From Gammaproteobacteria bacterium (GTDB lineage: Bacteria > Pseudomonadota > Gammaproteobacteria > Eutrophobiales > Eutrophobiaceae), in the NCBI GenBank assembly GCA_024278135.1, contig JAJRTU010000113.1, forward strand, positions 1 to 58,161: 58,161 bases of DNA. Direction: 5' to 3'. This document shows, piece by piece, positions 48,775 to 58,161 of the stretch; positions within the stretch are counted from its first letter, which is position 1, and every line of letters starts with the position of its first letter. The notes beneath the pieces were generated by a model, which made no database searches, had not been told where the DNA came from, and was given only the letters and a program-made list of their open reading frames with translations. Both the position numbers and the translations under genes were made by a program.

Positions 48775-51057
48775 ATGAAGAAATATTATCAACGCGCCAT
48801 TGGTGGACTGCCTTTTCTTGTTCTAATTTTAATAACACTTGCAACAACCCTTGCAAACGGGGCAACACTGGAAGAAGTCGTGGTAACCGCCCAACGACGT
48901 ACTGAGAAATTAAGTGATGTGGGAATTGCAATCGCTGCTTTTGACGGTGACAGGCTGAAACAACAGGGAATGACGACCAGTACCGAGATTGCTTTGTTAA
49001 CACCCGGTATCACACTGTCCGGCACTTATGGCGGCCAAAGTGTTCAGTTCTCCATCCGCGGCGTTACCCAGAGTGACTTTAACGATGCGATTGAGGCTCC
49101 TGTCGCTGTCTATGTCGACGATGTCTATATTGCCTCCCAGCAAGGGCAAAGCATGGCGCTGTTTGATATCGAACGCGTCGAAGCCTTAAAAGGACCACAA
49201 GGCACGCTGTTTGGAAGAAATGCGACCGGCGGACTGGTTCACTTCGTTGTCAAAAAACCGCTTGTTGATAAAGTCAGTGGATATGTAGATGTCGGTTATG
49301 CCACTTTCAACACAAAAAAAATTGAAGCTGGGTTGAATTTACCGCTTGGGGACAAAGTGGCCATGCGTATTTCGGGTATCTGGAACAGTAATGATTCGAT
49401 TTGGGACAATGTTTTTCCTGAAAATTCGTCCGCTGACATATCACCGAGCGGCCAGGATATAGGCGATCAGGAAACGTTTGCCGGGCGTCTGCAGTTTTTG
49501 TATCAGGCGTCTGACACACTTGATTTTCGCCTTTCACTATCGAAGGCTGATCAGAACCTCTCGGAATCTCCCTGGACATCTCTCGGTGCTACCGTCGGAA
49601 CCGATGGATCGGGGCGAGTAATCGGCTCGGAATTCACCCCGGCCACCGTTTTTGGTTATGTGCCGGTCAGCATTGATGATCGTAAAGTTTCAAAGGATTT
49701 TGCATTGAGTGATCTGAATCGGTTTGACACTGATGGCGCCACACTGCACATCAATAAGGAATGGAATCAAGTCAGTCTTGCCTCTGTCACTTCTTACGCG
49801 AATTATGAAAAGACCTTTATGCTTGATGTGGATTCCTCTCCTGTCAATTTCAGCGCCTTTGGCAATGTGTCCGATACCGAAACGTTCTCTCAGGAAATCA
49901 GGCTCAGTGGTGCCGGTGACAGCCTTTCCTGGACCGTAGGTCTCTACTATCTGGATATCACTGCAAAAAACGCGCACGGTATCCTCGGGCCAAGAGGTTC
50001 GATATTTGCCGGCTTGTTTGGCCTCGGTGCAAGCGGGGTCGATCCTCTTGCAGTGTTCAAACTGAAGACAAAATCAACATCCGTTTTTGGCCAGGCATCC
50101 TATGATTTTACATCCGAATGGCGGCTTGTTGCGGGCGTGCGTGTTATTTATGAAAAGCAGGATTATGATTATTTCACGGCACTTTTCCAGAACCTTGATG
50201 ATTACACAGTGGATGCCGATGCACCGATACTTTCTATGGGGCCACACCCGGCCTTTAACGACAGGCGTTCGGACTATTTATGGGCAGGCAAATTCCAGTT
50301 GGAATTTCGACCAAGTGACAGCATGTTGATTTATCTGGGGCTGAATCGTGGTGTTAAAGGTGGCAGCTATACCGGACAATATTTTGATGGTACTGCAGCG
50401 CTCAGTCCGTCCGAAATTCCCTATGATCCGGAGACGCTGATATCCCTGGAAGGCGGATTCAAATATACCGATCCCGACAATCTTTACGCGATTAATATGG
50501 CGATGTTTTACTATGATTACGCTGACTACCAGTCATTTCTTTTTTCCACTTTATCGGGCAGCGTGGAGAATTACGATGCGAACTCGATTGGTGTCGAATT
50601 TGATGCCAGCGTAAATATTGGCAGTGGTTTTCGTCTTACTGCGACAGGGGCATATATTAATGCGGAAGTCGAAGATTTCGTCATTGCCCCGGGGATAATT
50701 ACCAATACCGAACCTACCTATACGCCGGAATTCTCTGCAGGTTTGCGCCTGAACTATTCAGTATACGATGTGCTGGGAGGTGATCTTGATACAGGGGTAT
50801 CCGTCAATTACCAATCGAAGATTTTTCACAATGCCAGAAACTTCAATGCCAGTGTGATTCCCGGTCGTACAGTGACTGGCCTCTATGCGAACTTTCTTTT
50901 CAAAGGAGGCAGGTACAGCATTGGCGCGTACGCCAGGAATGTCTTCGATGAGCGTTATGCTGTTGTCGGACTGGATTTATCACAGGCCTGCGGTTGTAAC
51001 CTGGAGGCTTATGGCCAGCCTCGGACTCTGGGTATTCAGGCAGGTTATCGTTTTTAA
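48775..51057 (+). CDS. TonB-dependent outer membrane receptor
   Basis: Signal peptide, LEEVVVTAQRR, IRG, VAVYVDDVY, ERVEALKGPQGTLFGRNATGG, NVFDERY, C-terminal YRF. Confidence 0.95.
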   Translation: MKKYYQRAIGGLPFLVLILITLATTLANGATLEEVVVTAQRRTEKLSDVGIAIAAFDGDRLKQQGMTTSTEIALLTPGITLSGTYGGQSVQFSIRGVTQSDFNDAIEAPVAVYVDDVYIASQQGQSMALFDIERVEALKGPQGTLFGRNATGGLVHFVVKKPLVDKVSGYVDVGYATFNTKKIEAGLNLPLGDKVAMRISGIWNSNDSIWDNVFPENSSADISPSGQDIGDQETFAGRLQFLYQASDTLDFRLSLSKADQNLSESPWTSLGATVGTDGSGRVIGSEFTPATVFGYVPVSIDDRKVSKDFALSDLNRFDTDGATLHINKEWNQVSLASVTSYANYEKTFMLDVDSSPVNFSAFGNVSDTETFSQEIRLSGAGDSLSWTVGLYYLDITAKNAHGILGPRGSIFAGLFGLGASGVDPLAVFKLKTKSTSVFGQASYDFTSEWRLVAGVRVIYEKQDYDYFTALFQNLDDYTVDADAPILSMGPHPAFNDRRSDYLWAGKFQLEFRPSDSMLIYLGLNRGVKGGSYTGQYFDGTAALSPSEIPYDPETLISLEGGFKYTDPDNLYAINMAMFYYDYADYQSFLFSTLSGSVENYDANSIGVEFDASVNIGSGFRLTATGAYINAEVEDFVIAPGIITNTEPTYTPEFSAGLRLNYSVYDVLGGDLDTGVSVNYQSKIFHNARNFNASVIPGRTVTGLYANFLFKGGRYSIGAYARNVFDERYAVVGLDLSQACGCNLEAYGQPRTLGIQAGYRF

Positions 51058-51366
51058 AGTCTATAGCACTCTGTGCTATGCAGGGGCAGGTAAACTTGTC
51101 GTTTTAGCTCCTGATGCTCCTGGTATTTTAATTTGCCGGCCTGATCCAGTAAGACGAAGAGCGGAATTTTCTTATCACTGGTAAAGAAAAGACACACCTT
51201 CACAGGAATGACACCAACGCAGCAAACTGCGGGGAGTAGTGGCGCAAGGACGCACCGTTAACGAAGCTAAGGATGCAATTAAACCCAAATAGATTAGCAA
51301 TGAGTATGATTACCTTTTACAGAGGTTTATCACGCTTCCGGCAAGCAAATCAGCTGGAATATTACC

Positions 51367-53307
51367 ATGGGATGGAGCGAGCTGATGGATGATTACCCAA
51401 AGAAAAATATGTCCTGCTTTGATTCCTGGACAGTGCTCTTTCGCATCGTTTTCATGAGTTTCCTCGTGGGAGTAGCGCCGATCTCCAGCAGTGCCGAACA
51501 AGTATCGGAAATTTTCGGTGCCAACGCGTTGTCGGCCGGCGCAAGCCTGTTTCGCGAAAGATGCCTTGCCTGTCACGGTCTCGGGGTTTTCATCCCGACG
51601 GTTGCCGGTCTGGCAAATCTGTCTCGGGACAGGATATACAAAACCATGCGCATCGGGATCATGCGGGATCCCGCCTCGGGACTGAATAATGATCAATTAG
51701 GTGCCATTGCAGACTACATAACGAGCCTCAGATCAAATCAACCATTAACTTCCGCACGACCATCACAAGCCAGCCTTTGTAAGCAGGCATTGCCCCTGGT
51801 AAAAGGTACTTCAGGCGAATGGACAGGCTGGGCGCCGGATAATACAAATACCCGCTTCCTGAGTGATAACAAATCAGGTTCAAAGCAGGTACGCGGTCTG
51901 CAACTGAAATGGGCATTCGTATTTCCGGATACCGCCACGACACTGTCCAGTGAGAATCAGCCGACGGTCTCCAACGGCCGACTCTATATCAGCAGTCGCG
52001 CCGGTATCGTTTATGCGCTGGATGCCGAGAGTGGCTGTATCCACTGGTCCTTTGAGGCCGCTGCCGGTATTCGTTCCGCGATCGTCGTTACCGGCAAGAA
52101 GATCGTATTCGGGGATTTCCAGGCGGCTGTTTATGCTCTCGATGCAAACAACGGCGAGTTAATTTGGAAGAAGACTGTCGATTATCAGGCAACGGCACGG
52201 GTGAGCGGAAATATAACTGTTTATGCAGACAGGGTATTCGTTCCAGTTTCGGGCATGCAGGAGACTTACGGAGCTCACAAGAAGCTTCCCTGCTGTCTGT
52301 TCAGGGGTAGTGTGGTTGCCCTCGATCTGGGTACCGGACAACAGATCTGGAAGACCTACATGATCGATACCTCCCCCACCGAGATCGGTACAACGATATT
52401 GGGGATTAAGCGCTACGGTCCTTCCGGCGTTGCGGTGTGGTCGGTCCCAACCATCGACGCCAGGCGTAATTTGCTCTACATCAGTACTGGCAACCAGTAC
52501 ACAGAACCTGTCGTTGAGGAATCGGATGCCATTGTGGCACTCAATCTTGAAACCGGTAAAAAACATTGGGTCAAAAACTTTGCGCCCGAGCACATGAACA
52601 ATCAGGATATCTATCACTTCGGTTGTGAGGTCTGGGTGGACGATACAAGATCAACCTGCTCGCCACTCAACCCGAAAGGACAGGGTGATCGTGAATTCGG
52701 CGCACCAGTGGTATTAACTGCGCTGGCCGACGGCTCAGATATACTGCTGGCCGGATCCAAAGACGGTATGTTGTACGCACTCGATCCTGATCGGAACGGT
52801 GAACTTATCTGGAAAAAACGGCTGGGGCGTGGCGGAGAACTGGGTGGTATTCAGTTTGGCTTTGCCACAGACGGCACACGGGCCTTTATTCCTATCGCCG
52901 ATGTCAACGCGGACTTCAAGGCAGATGGTGCTCTGATATCCCTGGAAGTGAAAAGCGGCAAGATTATTTGGCGTGTACCCGCGCCAGGAGATACTTGTGT
53001 TGGCAAACCGATGCCCTGCAATAACGCACTAACGGCCGCGGTCACATTAACTCCGCATATCGTATTTACCGGATCAATAGATGGTTACCTGAGGGCCTAC
53101 AATACCCGCAATGGACAATTGATATGGGAGTACGATACGACACAGATGGTGGAAGGTGTGAACGGATTGCGGGGTCACGGCGGATCAATCGGGACTGCGG
53201 GTCCGACAATTATTGATAATATGCTTTATCAGACATCGGGCTATGCAGGGATTCTGGCTGGAATGCCCGGCAATGTCCTGTTGGCTTTCGAGTTCCCACC
53301 TGAATAA
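51367..53307 (+). CDS. PQQ-dependent quinohaemoprotein dehydrogenase with N-terminal cytochrome c (PVA-dehydrogenase-like architecture)
   Basis: CLACHG haem motif, LKWAFVFP, repeated ALDAxxGxxxW propeller motifs, CCLFRGSVVALD, STGNQY, GNVLLAF. Start uncertain. Confidence 0.87.
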   Translation: MGWSELMDDYPKKNMSCFDSWTVLFRIVFMSFLVGVAPISSSAEQVSEIFGANALSAGASLFRERCLACHGLGVFIPTVAGLANLSRDRIYKTMRIGIMRDPASGLNNDQLGAIADYITSLRSNQPLTSARPSQASLCKQALPLVKGTSGEWTGWAPDNTNTRFLSDNKSGSKQVRGLQLKWAFVFPDTATTLSSENQPTVSNGRLYISSRAGIVYALDAESGCIHWSFEAAAGIRSAIVVTGKKIVFGDFQAAVYALDANNGELIWKKTVDYQATARVSGNITVYADRVFVPVSGMQETYGAHKKLPCCLFRGSVVALDLGTGQQIWKTYMIDTSPTEIGTTILGIKRYGPSGVAVWSVPTIDARRNLLYISTGNQYTEPVVEESDAIVALNLETGKKHWVKNFAPEHMNNQDIYHFGCEVWVDDTRSTCSPLNPKGQGDREFGAPVVLTALADGSDILLAGSKDGMLYALDPDRNGELIWKKRLGRGGELGGIQFGFATDGTRAFIPIADVNADFKADGALISLEVKSGKIIWRVPAPGDTCVGKPMPCNNALTAAVTLTPHIVFTGSIDGYLRAYNTRNGQLIWEYDTTQMVEGVNGLRGHGGSIGTAGPTIIDNMLYQTSGYAGILAGMPGNVLLAFEFPPE

Positions 53308-53388
53308 GCCGTTATGTAAAAGCCCAAATGAGCGATCAATTGAAGACAAATTTATCCCGATAACAACCAGGTATGAGGGAGTAAAGAA

Positions 53389-53787
53389 TTGAACAGCAAA
53401 ATACAGACAATGAACATTAACGAGAGCATAGAGAAAGGATATGGTTTTTCCGCTGCGGCCCGTGCGGGCGATACGCTGTATATCGGCGGACTGGTGAGTT
53501 GGGATGAGCAGGGAGAAGTTGTCGGACCCAACGATGCGAAGGCCCAGGCCAATAACATCTACGGCCAGATCAGGAAAATCCTGGCTGCACACGATGCCTC
53601 CTTCAACAACGTGGCAAGTGAAACCATTTACATTACCGATTGGGAGGCGGCAGAACCTGCTTTTGAAGTTCGTAACCGGTACTACGAAGCAGATGGGACA
53701 AGCTATCCATCTGCAGCCGCCATCCAGGTCACGTCACTGGTCAAAGAAGGCCTGCTCATCGAAGTACAGATGGTTGCACATCTTTAG
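53389..53787 (+). CDS. Rid (YjgF/YER057c/UK114) family protein
   Basis: FSAAARAGDTLYIGG, YPSAAAIQVTSL...LIEVQ; GAGGGAG RBS. The catalytic Arg of true RidA is not evident. Confidence 0.85.
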   Translation: MNSKIQTMNINESIEKGYGFSAAARAGDTLYIGGLVSWDEQGEVVGPNDAKAQANNIYGQIRKILAAHDASFNNVASETIYITDWEAAEPAFEVRNRYYEADGTSYPSAAAIQVTSLVKEGLLIEVQMVAHL

Positions 53788-53893
53788 CTGTTAACTTGAA
53801 TCTGACCGTTGATATCTTTAATCAAATCACTTGCAATGATCTGCTCAATCACGATCTTCCACCGGCCGGTACAGTATTACAAACCAATAACGC

Positions 53894-56641
53894 TCAGCGG
53901 ATAAAACCCAGATCCCGTGCACGCTGTACAACCAGGGCACGACGACGTATTCCCACTTTGTCGTAGATTTGTTGTAAGTGCCATTTCACTGAACCTTCCG
54001 TCAAACTCAGCGAGTCCGCGATTTCCCGGTTCAGCAGTCCGTGCGCCACCAACTGCAGAATTTCCCTTTCCCGCTCACTGATGGGCTCAGCGGGTAAATC
54101 TGACAGCGCTGTGTCTACACACGAAGATGAAATTGGAATTTTACCGCCGCATTCAACTGCAATGATTTCAAGCAGCCTGGTGGCGAGCGTCAATGCCGGA
54201 TCGTCCATTGTGTGTTGTCCCTGCACAAATCGGCTGAGCAGGATTAGGCTGTTTTCCATTTCGTCAACAATAGTCCGGATGAACCCACCCGGTATCGCGG
54301 CCATCAGCGCATGGCGTAAAGCCCGCATAGACGCACGTGACTCACCCGACTCATGCAATATATGCGCAAGCAGTACATTAAACTGTATTTCCGTTCTGAC
54401 GGCATTTCTCTTCCTGGCAAAACGGATCCATTTACTACACACGAGTGAGGCCGCATCCAGCAGACCTTCTGCCCTTGCAAGTCGACACCAGATAAGTGCC
54501 CTTGTGGCATTGCAACGAGTCGCACGATACCCCGGATAAAGACTATCGGCCTGAGTATGTCTGAACAGATCTTGAAACATGCGCCTGGCGATTTTGGAAT
54601 CGCCTGTTATGAAGGCCTGACGGGCCAGTTCCGCATCGATATTTATACCAAATCGCTCGAAACCTCGCTTGATACCCAGCTCCTCTGCTTTTTTCAGAAC
54701 ACGTTTGGATTCCTTGTCGTCACCGGCGGCGATCAGAAGACGTGCCCGACAGATATACCCCGCAATCAGCTGATCTACAAAGCCGATCCGGTCTGCCAGC
54801 GGCAGGTATTGCTCCAGTAAACGTTCCGCCTCATCAAGTTGATGACGTTCGTAGAATACTTCCCCCAGCAGTATTCCGGGCATGGCCGCCAGTGGAGACA
54901 GTTCGCCGCTGATTTCAGACGCTATTGAACGCGCCAGCACAAGCGACTCCTCAGCCCTGTCGAGCTTACCCCGTTCAAGCTCGGTCGGCCCGAGAATCGA
55001 ATAGTGCCATATCAGGACGAAACGACTGTTCGCCTCCTCATAGAGCCGCAAAGACAGCGCATCAAATCTGTTCACATTGCTGAAGTCGAACATCTCCCGT
55101 TGGGCATAGATGCGGCAGGTGTACAGGTTGCCTCTGAGATAAGGATCCGCTCCGGGAAAATCGTCCAGCATTTCCGCGCTTAAACGTTCTACCGGCGGCA
55201 TATCATCGCTGAACAATGCGTACATCATCTCTCGATGCTTCAGCATGGAACGGAGAAAGACAAGTTCAGATCCTGAATCGTTCCTTGCCGCCTTTTCCTT
55301 CAATATCACACCCACATCGTCAAGCATCCGGCGGGCAAGCGCAAATTTCCATTCAAGAATGATCGACCATGCCTGGTCAAGAAGAATCCTGGGATAGTGG
55401 CGCAGATACGCTTCGGGAATCTGTTTATACCACTCTGACAGAGTACTCAGACGGCCGCTGTAGAAGAGATCATCACAGGCCTCATTAAGGAGTCCGGCAG
55501 CTCTTTCCATATCCTTTCCCGCCATTGCATGCTGGATGGCTTCGTCGACGCATCCCTGCCTGGCAAACCATTCGCTGGCACGTATGTGGAGCTGCCCGAC
55601 ATGATCCGAATTTTCAGCATGGTAATGTTTTCTCAGAAATTCTGAAAATAAATGGTGATAGCGATACCATTCTCTTTCACTATCAAGCGAGAAAAGAAAT
55701 AAACCTCTCGATTCGAGAATATCCAGCATACGACGACCATTATCGGCAGCCCTTATTTCGTCGCACAGCGAGGGGCACAGACGTTCCAGAATGGATGTTT
55801 GCAGCAAGAATTCGCGCGTTTCCTTATCCTGGCGCTGCAACACATCTTCAGCCAAAAAGTCTGCCACCTCCCTGTGGTTGCCGGAAAATGCCTCGATAAA
55901 CTCTTCCACATCATCGCGGTTTGAAAGAGAAATCGAGGCCAGTTGCAGACCTGCAGCCCAACCTTCAGTATGTTTTTCCAGGGCATGGAGCTGAGCCGCA
56001 GACAGCCCTGTGTGACCGGCCAAAGACAGGAAAGACCCGGTTTCCAGACCACGAAAACGGAGTTCATCACTCGTTATTTCCACCACCCTGCCAAGGGCAC
56101 GCAGCCTGCCCAGAGGCAGTTGCGGTGTCTCACGACTGACAACAAGTAAACGCAGATTGGCCGGGGCCTTGTCAATAATCAAACCCATTGCATCAATAAT
56201 ATCGGTGTTGTTAAGCAGATGAAAATCATCCAGGACAATATTGACCCGCCTGTCCAACATGGCAATTTCATTGAGAAATGCACCGCTCAACGAAGCGGAA
56301 ACCAGTCGAACACCTGCTTTCAACTGGCCAAGAACAGTGGCGCCGAAATCCTTCACCTGCATGCGCAGGCTCGCAACGAGATAAGTGAAGAATCGACCGG
56401 GATCGTTGTCTGCCGCATCAAGACTGTACCAGGCACCGAGATCAGTACCGGGTGCAAGGGCGGCTAACCACTGGCCTGCCAGCGTGGTCTTGCCGTAACC
56501 GGCGGGGGCCCTGACTAAAATGACGCTGCGATCGAGCGAGCTGGAGAGCCGGAGCAGAAGACGATCTCGAGCGACAAGACCGGAGTCTCTGACAGGCGGA
56601 ATGAGTTTGGTGCGGATAACTACCGGATCACCGTTGACCAT
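53894..56641 (-). CDS. MalT-like (LAL) ATP-dependent LuxR-family transcriptional regulator
   Basis: RTKLIPP, APAGYGKT, VLDDFH, TEGWAAGL, WYRYHHLF, C-terminal HTH (ISEREREIL...NREIA...VKWHL). Confidence 0.94.
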   Translation of the reverse strand: MVNGDPVVIRTKLIPPVRDSGLVARDRLLLRLSSSLDRSVILVRAPAGYGKTTLAGQWLAALAPGTDLGAWYSLDAADNDPGRFFTYLVASLRMQVKDFGATVLGQLKAGVRLVSASLSGAFLNEIAMLDRRVNIVLDDFHLLNNTDIIDAMGLIIDKAPANLRLLVVSRETPQLPLGRLRALGRVVEITSDELRFRGLETGSFLSLAGHTGLSAAQLHALEKHTEGWAAGLQLASISLSNRDDVEEFIEAFSGNHREVADFLAEDVLQRQDKETREFLLQTSILERLCPSLCDEIRAADNGRRMLDILESRGLFLFSLDSEREWYRYHHLFSEFLRKHYHAENSDHVGQLHIRASEWFARQGCVDEAIQHAMAGKDMERAAGLLNEACDDLFYSGRLSTLSEWYKQIPEAYLRHYPRILLDQAWSIILEWKFALARRMLDDVGVILKEKAARNDSGSELVFLRSMLKHREMMYALFSDDMPPVERLSAEMLDDFPGADPYLRGNLYTCRIYAQREMFDFSNVNRFDALSLRLYEEANSRFVLIWHYSILGPTELERGKLDRAEESLVLARSIASEISGELSPLAAMPGILLGEVFYERHQLDEAERLLEQYLPLADRIGFVDQLIAGYICRARLLIAAGDDKESKRVLKKAEELGIKRGFERFGINIDAELARQAFITGDSKIARRMFQDLFRHTQADSLYPGYRATRCNATRALIWCRLARAEGLLDAASLVCSKWIRFARKRNAVRTEIQFNVLLAHILHESGESRASMRALRHALMAAIPGGFIRTIVDEMENSLILLSRFVQGQHTMDDPALTLATRLLEIIAVECGGKIPISSSCVDTALSDLPAEPISEREREILQLVAHGLLNREIADSLSLTEGSVKWHLQQIYDKVGIRRRALVVQRARDLGFIR

Positions 56642-56769
56642 GAATATTTCACTTGCTCTAAAGAATCACTGTTAAGCCGGGCGCCTGTTTTTATCAAGAA
56701 ACACTCTGGTGTCAATCCGAATGGAAGTATACAGTCAAGATTGGCCTGCAGAAGTTACACTGTCATATA

Positions 56770-56786
56770 CCTATCTTTCGATAGTG
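56770..56786. promoter_or_regulatory. Second copy of the CTATC-N4-GATAG operator, upstream of the aminotransferase
   Basis: CCTATCTTTCGATAGTG, with TAGAAT (56807-56812) 22 nt after the palindrome, the same spacing as in the first copy. Confidence 0.75.
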
Positions 56787-56911
56787 TTTCCGCCCATACC
56801 TTTGTTTAGAATATAAATTCGATGTTACGATAAATCTGTATATACGTCTATTTTCAACGCTGCCGACCAATGAATGACTGTTAACAACGACCAACTATCT
56901 GGATATCTCCC

Positions 56912-58161
56912 ATGACCAGGATTACACTCGAGAACGCTACCCGATCCTTTAAGGAAAAATTTCAAAAATCCGCTGAACTTCGCGAGTCCGGCAGTCAGTA
57001 CATCCCCGGCGGCTACAGTCGAAACAGCCTCACATTCGGCCCGCATGCCATTTATGTGGAGCGGGGAGAAGGGCAGTATATCTATTCTGTCGAGGGTGAA
57101 TGTTTACTGGACTTCCATAACAACTTCAGTTGCAGCATCACCGGTCACAACCACCCGAAGATCCGCGAAGCAATACAGGAGTTGATGCCCAAAGGGTTCT
57201 CGTTCGGCAATCCGATGGCACATGAACACCGTCTGGCACAAATCCTGTGTGAGCGAATTGAGGCGGTCGAAAAAGTTATTTTTTCCTGTTCCGCCAGCGA
57301 GTCCGCATTGAGTGCCATCCGCATCGCACGCGCCAATACCGGTAAAAACAAAATTGCAAAATTCGAAGGCGGCTACCATGGCCTCGGTGATGAGTTCATG
57401 ATGTCTCTACACCCTTTCACCGAACAATTCCCGGGGCCGGCCACCCATCCGATCCCGATACCGAATACGGCGGGGATCCCCCGGCACACACAGCAAAATG
57501 TAATCGTACTGCCGCAAAACGATCTGGAAAGCTGTGAACGGATACTCCGGGCCAATGCTTGCGAGCTGGCCGGAGTCATCATGGAGTTGCAGACCGGTGC
57601 AGGCGGAGTGATTGTTCTGAACAAAGATTTTGTACAGGGTATTCGGGCGCTGACACAAGAGCTCGGAATTCTTATGATTATCGATGAAACCATTACCTTG
57701 CGTGCCGGATATCACGGTATGCAAGGTTTATACGATATCAGACCGGATCTGGTCGTTCTTGGAAAAATTATCGGCGGTGGTCTGCCGATAGGTGCTGTCG
57801 CCGGGTGGGCAAAATACTTCGAAATGGGCGATCAGGGACTCGTTTATCACTCGGGAACCCACCACGGTCATCCACTGGCCACGATCGCCGGCACTGCCTG
57901 TATGGAAATCATGGATGAGAAGACCTATACACGGCTGAATGGATATGCCGCGAAAATAAAGAATGAACTGACGAAATGGGCCGACGACAACAGCTATCCG
58001 TTCAGCATCTATGGCATCGGATCGCATCTGGGCTATGAATTCACCGACAAACCCGGTCGGGTTTATACCTCCTGCCGTGACATGCTCATGTATTCAAACG
58101 AGGAATATATGCAGACATTCGCGTTTGAGATGGCTAACCGGGGGATCTTTCCGATGTATCG
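56912..58161 (+). CDS. Class III PLP aminotransferase (HemL/GSA-aminomutase-like clade), 3' end beyond window
   Basis: Not in the ORF track. Hand translation: MTRITLENA...YIPGGYSR, LDFHNNF...GHNHP, KFEGGYHG, IIDETIT, PDLVVLGKIIGGGLPIGA, HSGTHHGHP. Confidence 0.92.
   Translation, partial: MTRITLENATRSFKEKFQKSAELRESGSQYIPGGYSRNSLTFGPHAIYVERGEGQYIYSVEGECLLDFHNNFSCSITGHNHPKIREAIQELMPKGFSFGNPMAHEHRLAQILCERIEAVEKVIFSCSASESALSAIRIARANTGKNKIAKFEGGYHGLGDEFMMSLHPFTEQFPGPATHPIPIPNTAGIPRHTQQNVIVLPQNDLESCERILRANACELAGVIMELQTGAGGVIVLNKDFVQGIRALTQELGILMIIDETITLRAGYHGMQGLYDIRPDLVVLGKIIGGGLPIGAVAGWAKYFEMGDQGLVYHSGTHHGHPLATIAGTACMEIMDEKTYTRLNGYAAKIKNELTKWADDNSYPFSIYGIGSHLGYEFTDKPGRVYTSCRDMLMYSNEEYMQTFAFEMANRGIFPMY

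Noticed and set aside
56912-58161. Calling the aminotransferase hemL
   Set aside because: It diverges at HemL signature positions (FSCSASES, ELQTG, DETIT, SGTHHGHP) and its context is catabolic.
1-58161. CRISPR arrays, tRNA/rRNA, IS elements, integrases
   Set aside because: No spaced direct repeats, RNA gene signatures or transposase/integrase motifs were seen by eye. Small ncRNAs cannot be excluded without an Rfam/Infernal search.

Overview
About 58 kb of bacterial chromosome, probably a Gammaproteobacterium (inferred from cbpAM, deoBD, modABC and a TonB receptor). No rRNA, tRNA, CRISPR array or transposase was seen. From left to right: (1) an AT-richer pair on the minus strand, an AAA_14/DUF4143 ATPase coupled by a GTGA overlap to a >1170-aa STAND/NACHT NTPase that is missing from the ORF track, behind a perfect 40-bp palindrome containing a symmetric sigma70-like promoter; (2) an envelope module of nucleoside hydrolase, interrupted adenosine deaminase, PpiC-like PPIase, HupE/UreJ protein and two DUF3604 lipoproteins; (3) a 13.5-kb two-component/c-di-GMP cluster behind a sigma28-like promoter; (4) cbpA-cbpM; (5) nucleoside salvage genes (deoB, deoD, DMT, CNT transporter, hydrolase, deoC) with a P450 and a LOG protein; (6) modABC; (7) an acetophenone-carboxylase-like apcABCDE operon, with apcA broken by one TAA, divergent from TonB receptor, PQQ/haem-c dehydrogenase and RidA genes, followed by a MalT-like regulator and a class III aminotransferase that runs off the window. 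An identical 17-bp palindromic operator at the same promoter spacing links the parts of region 7 into one candidate regulon. All family assignments come from motifs read by eye; no database searches were run.
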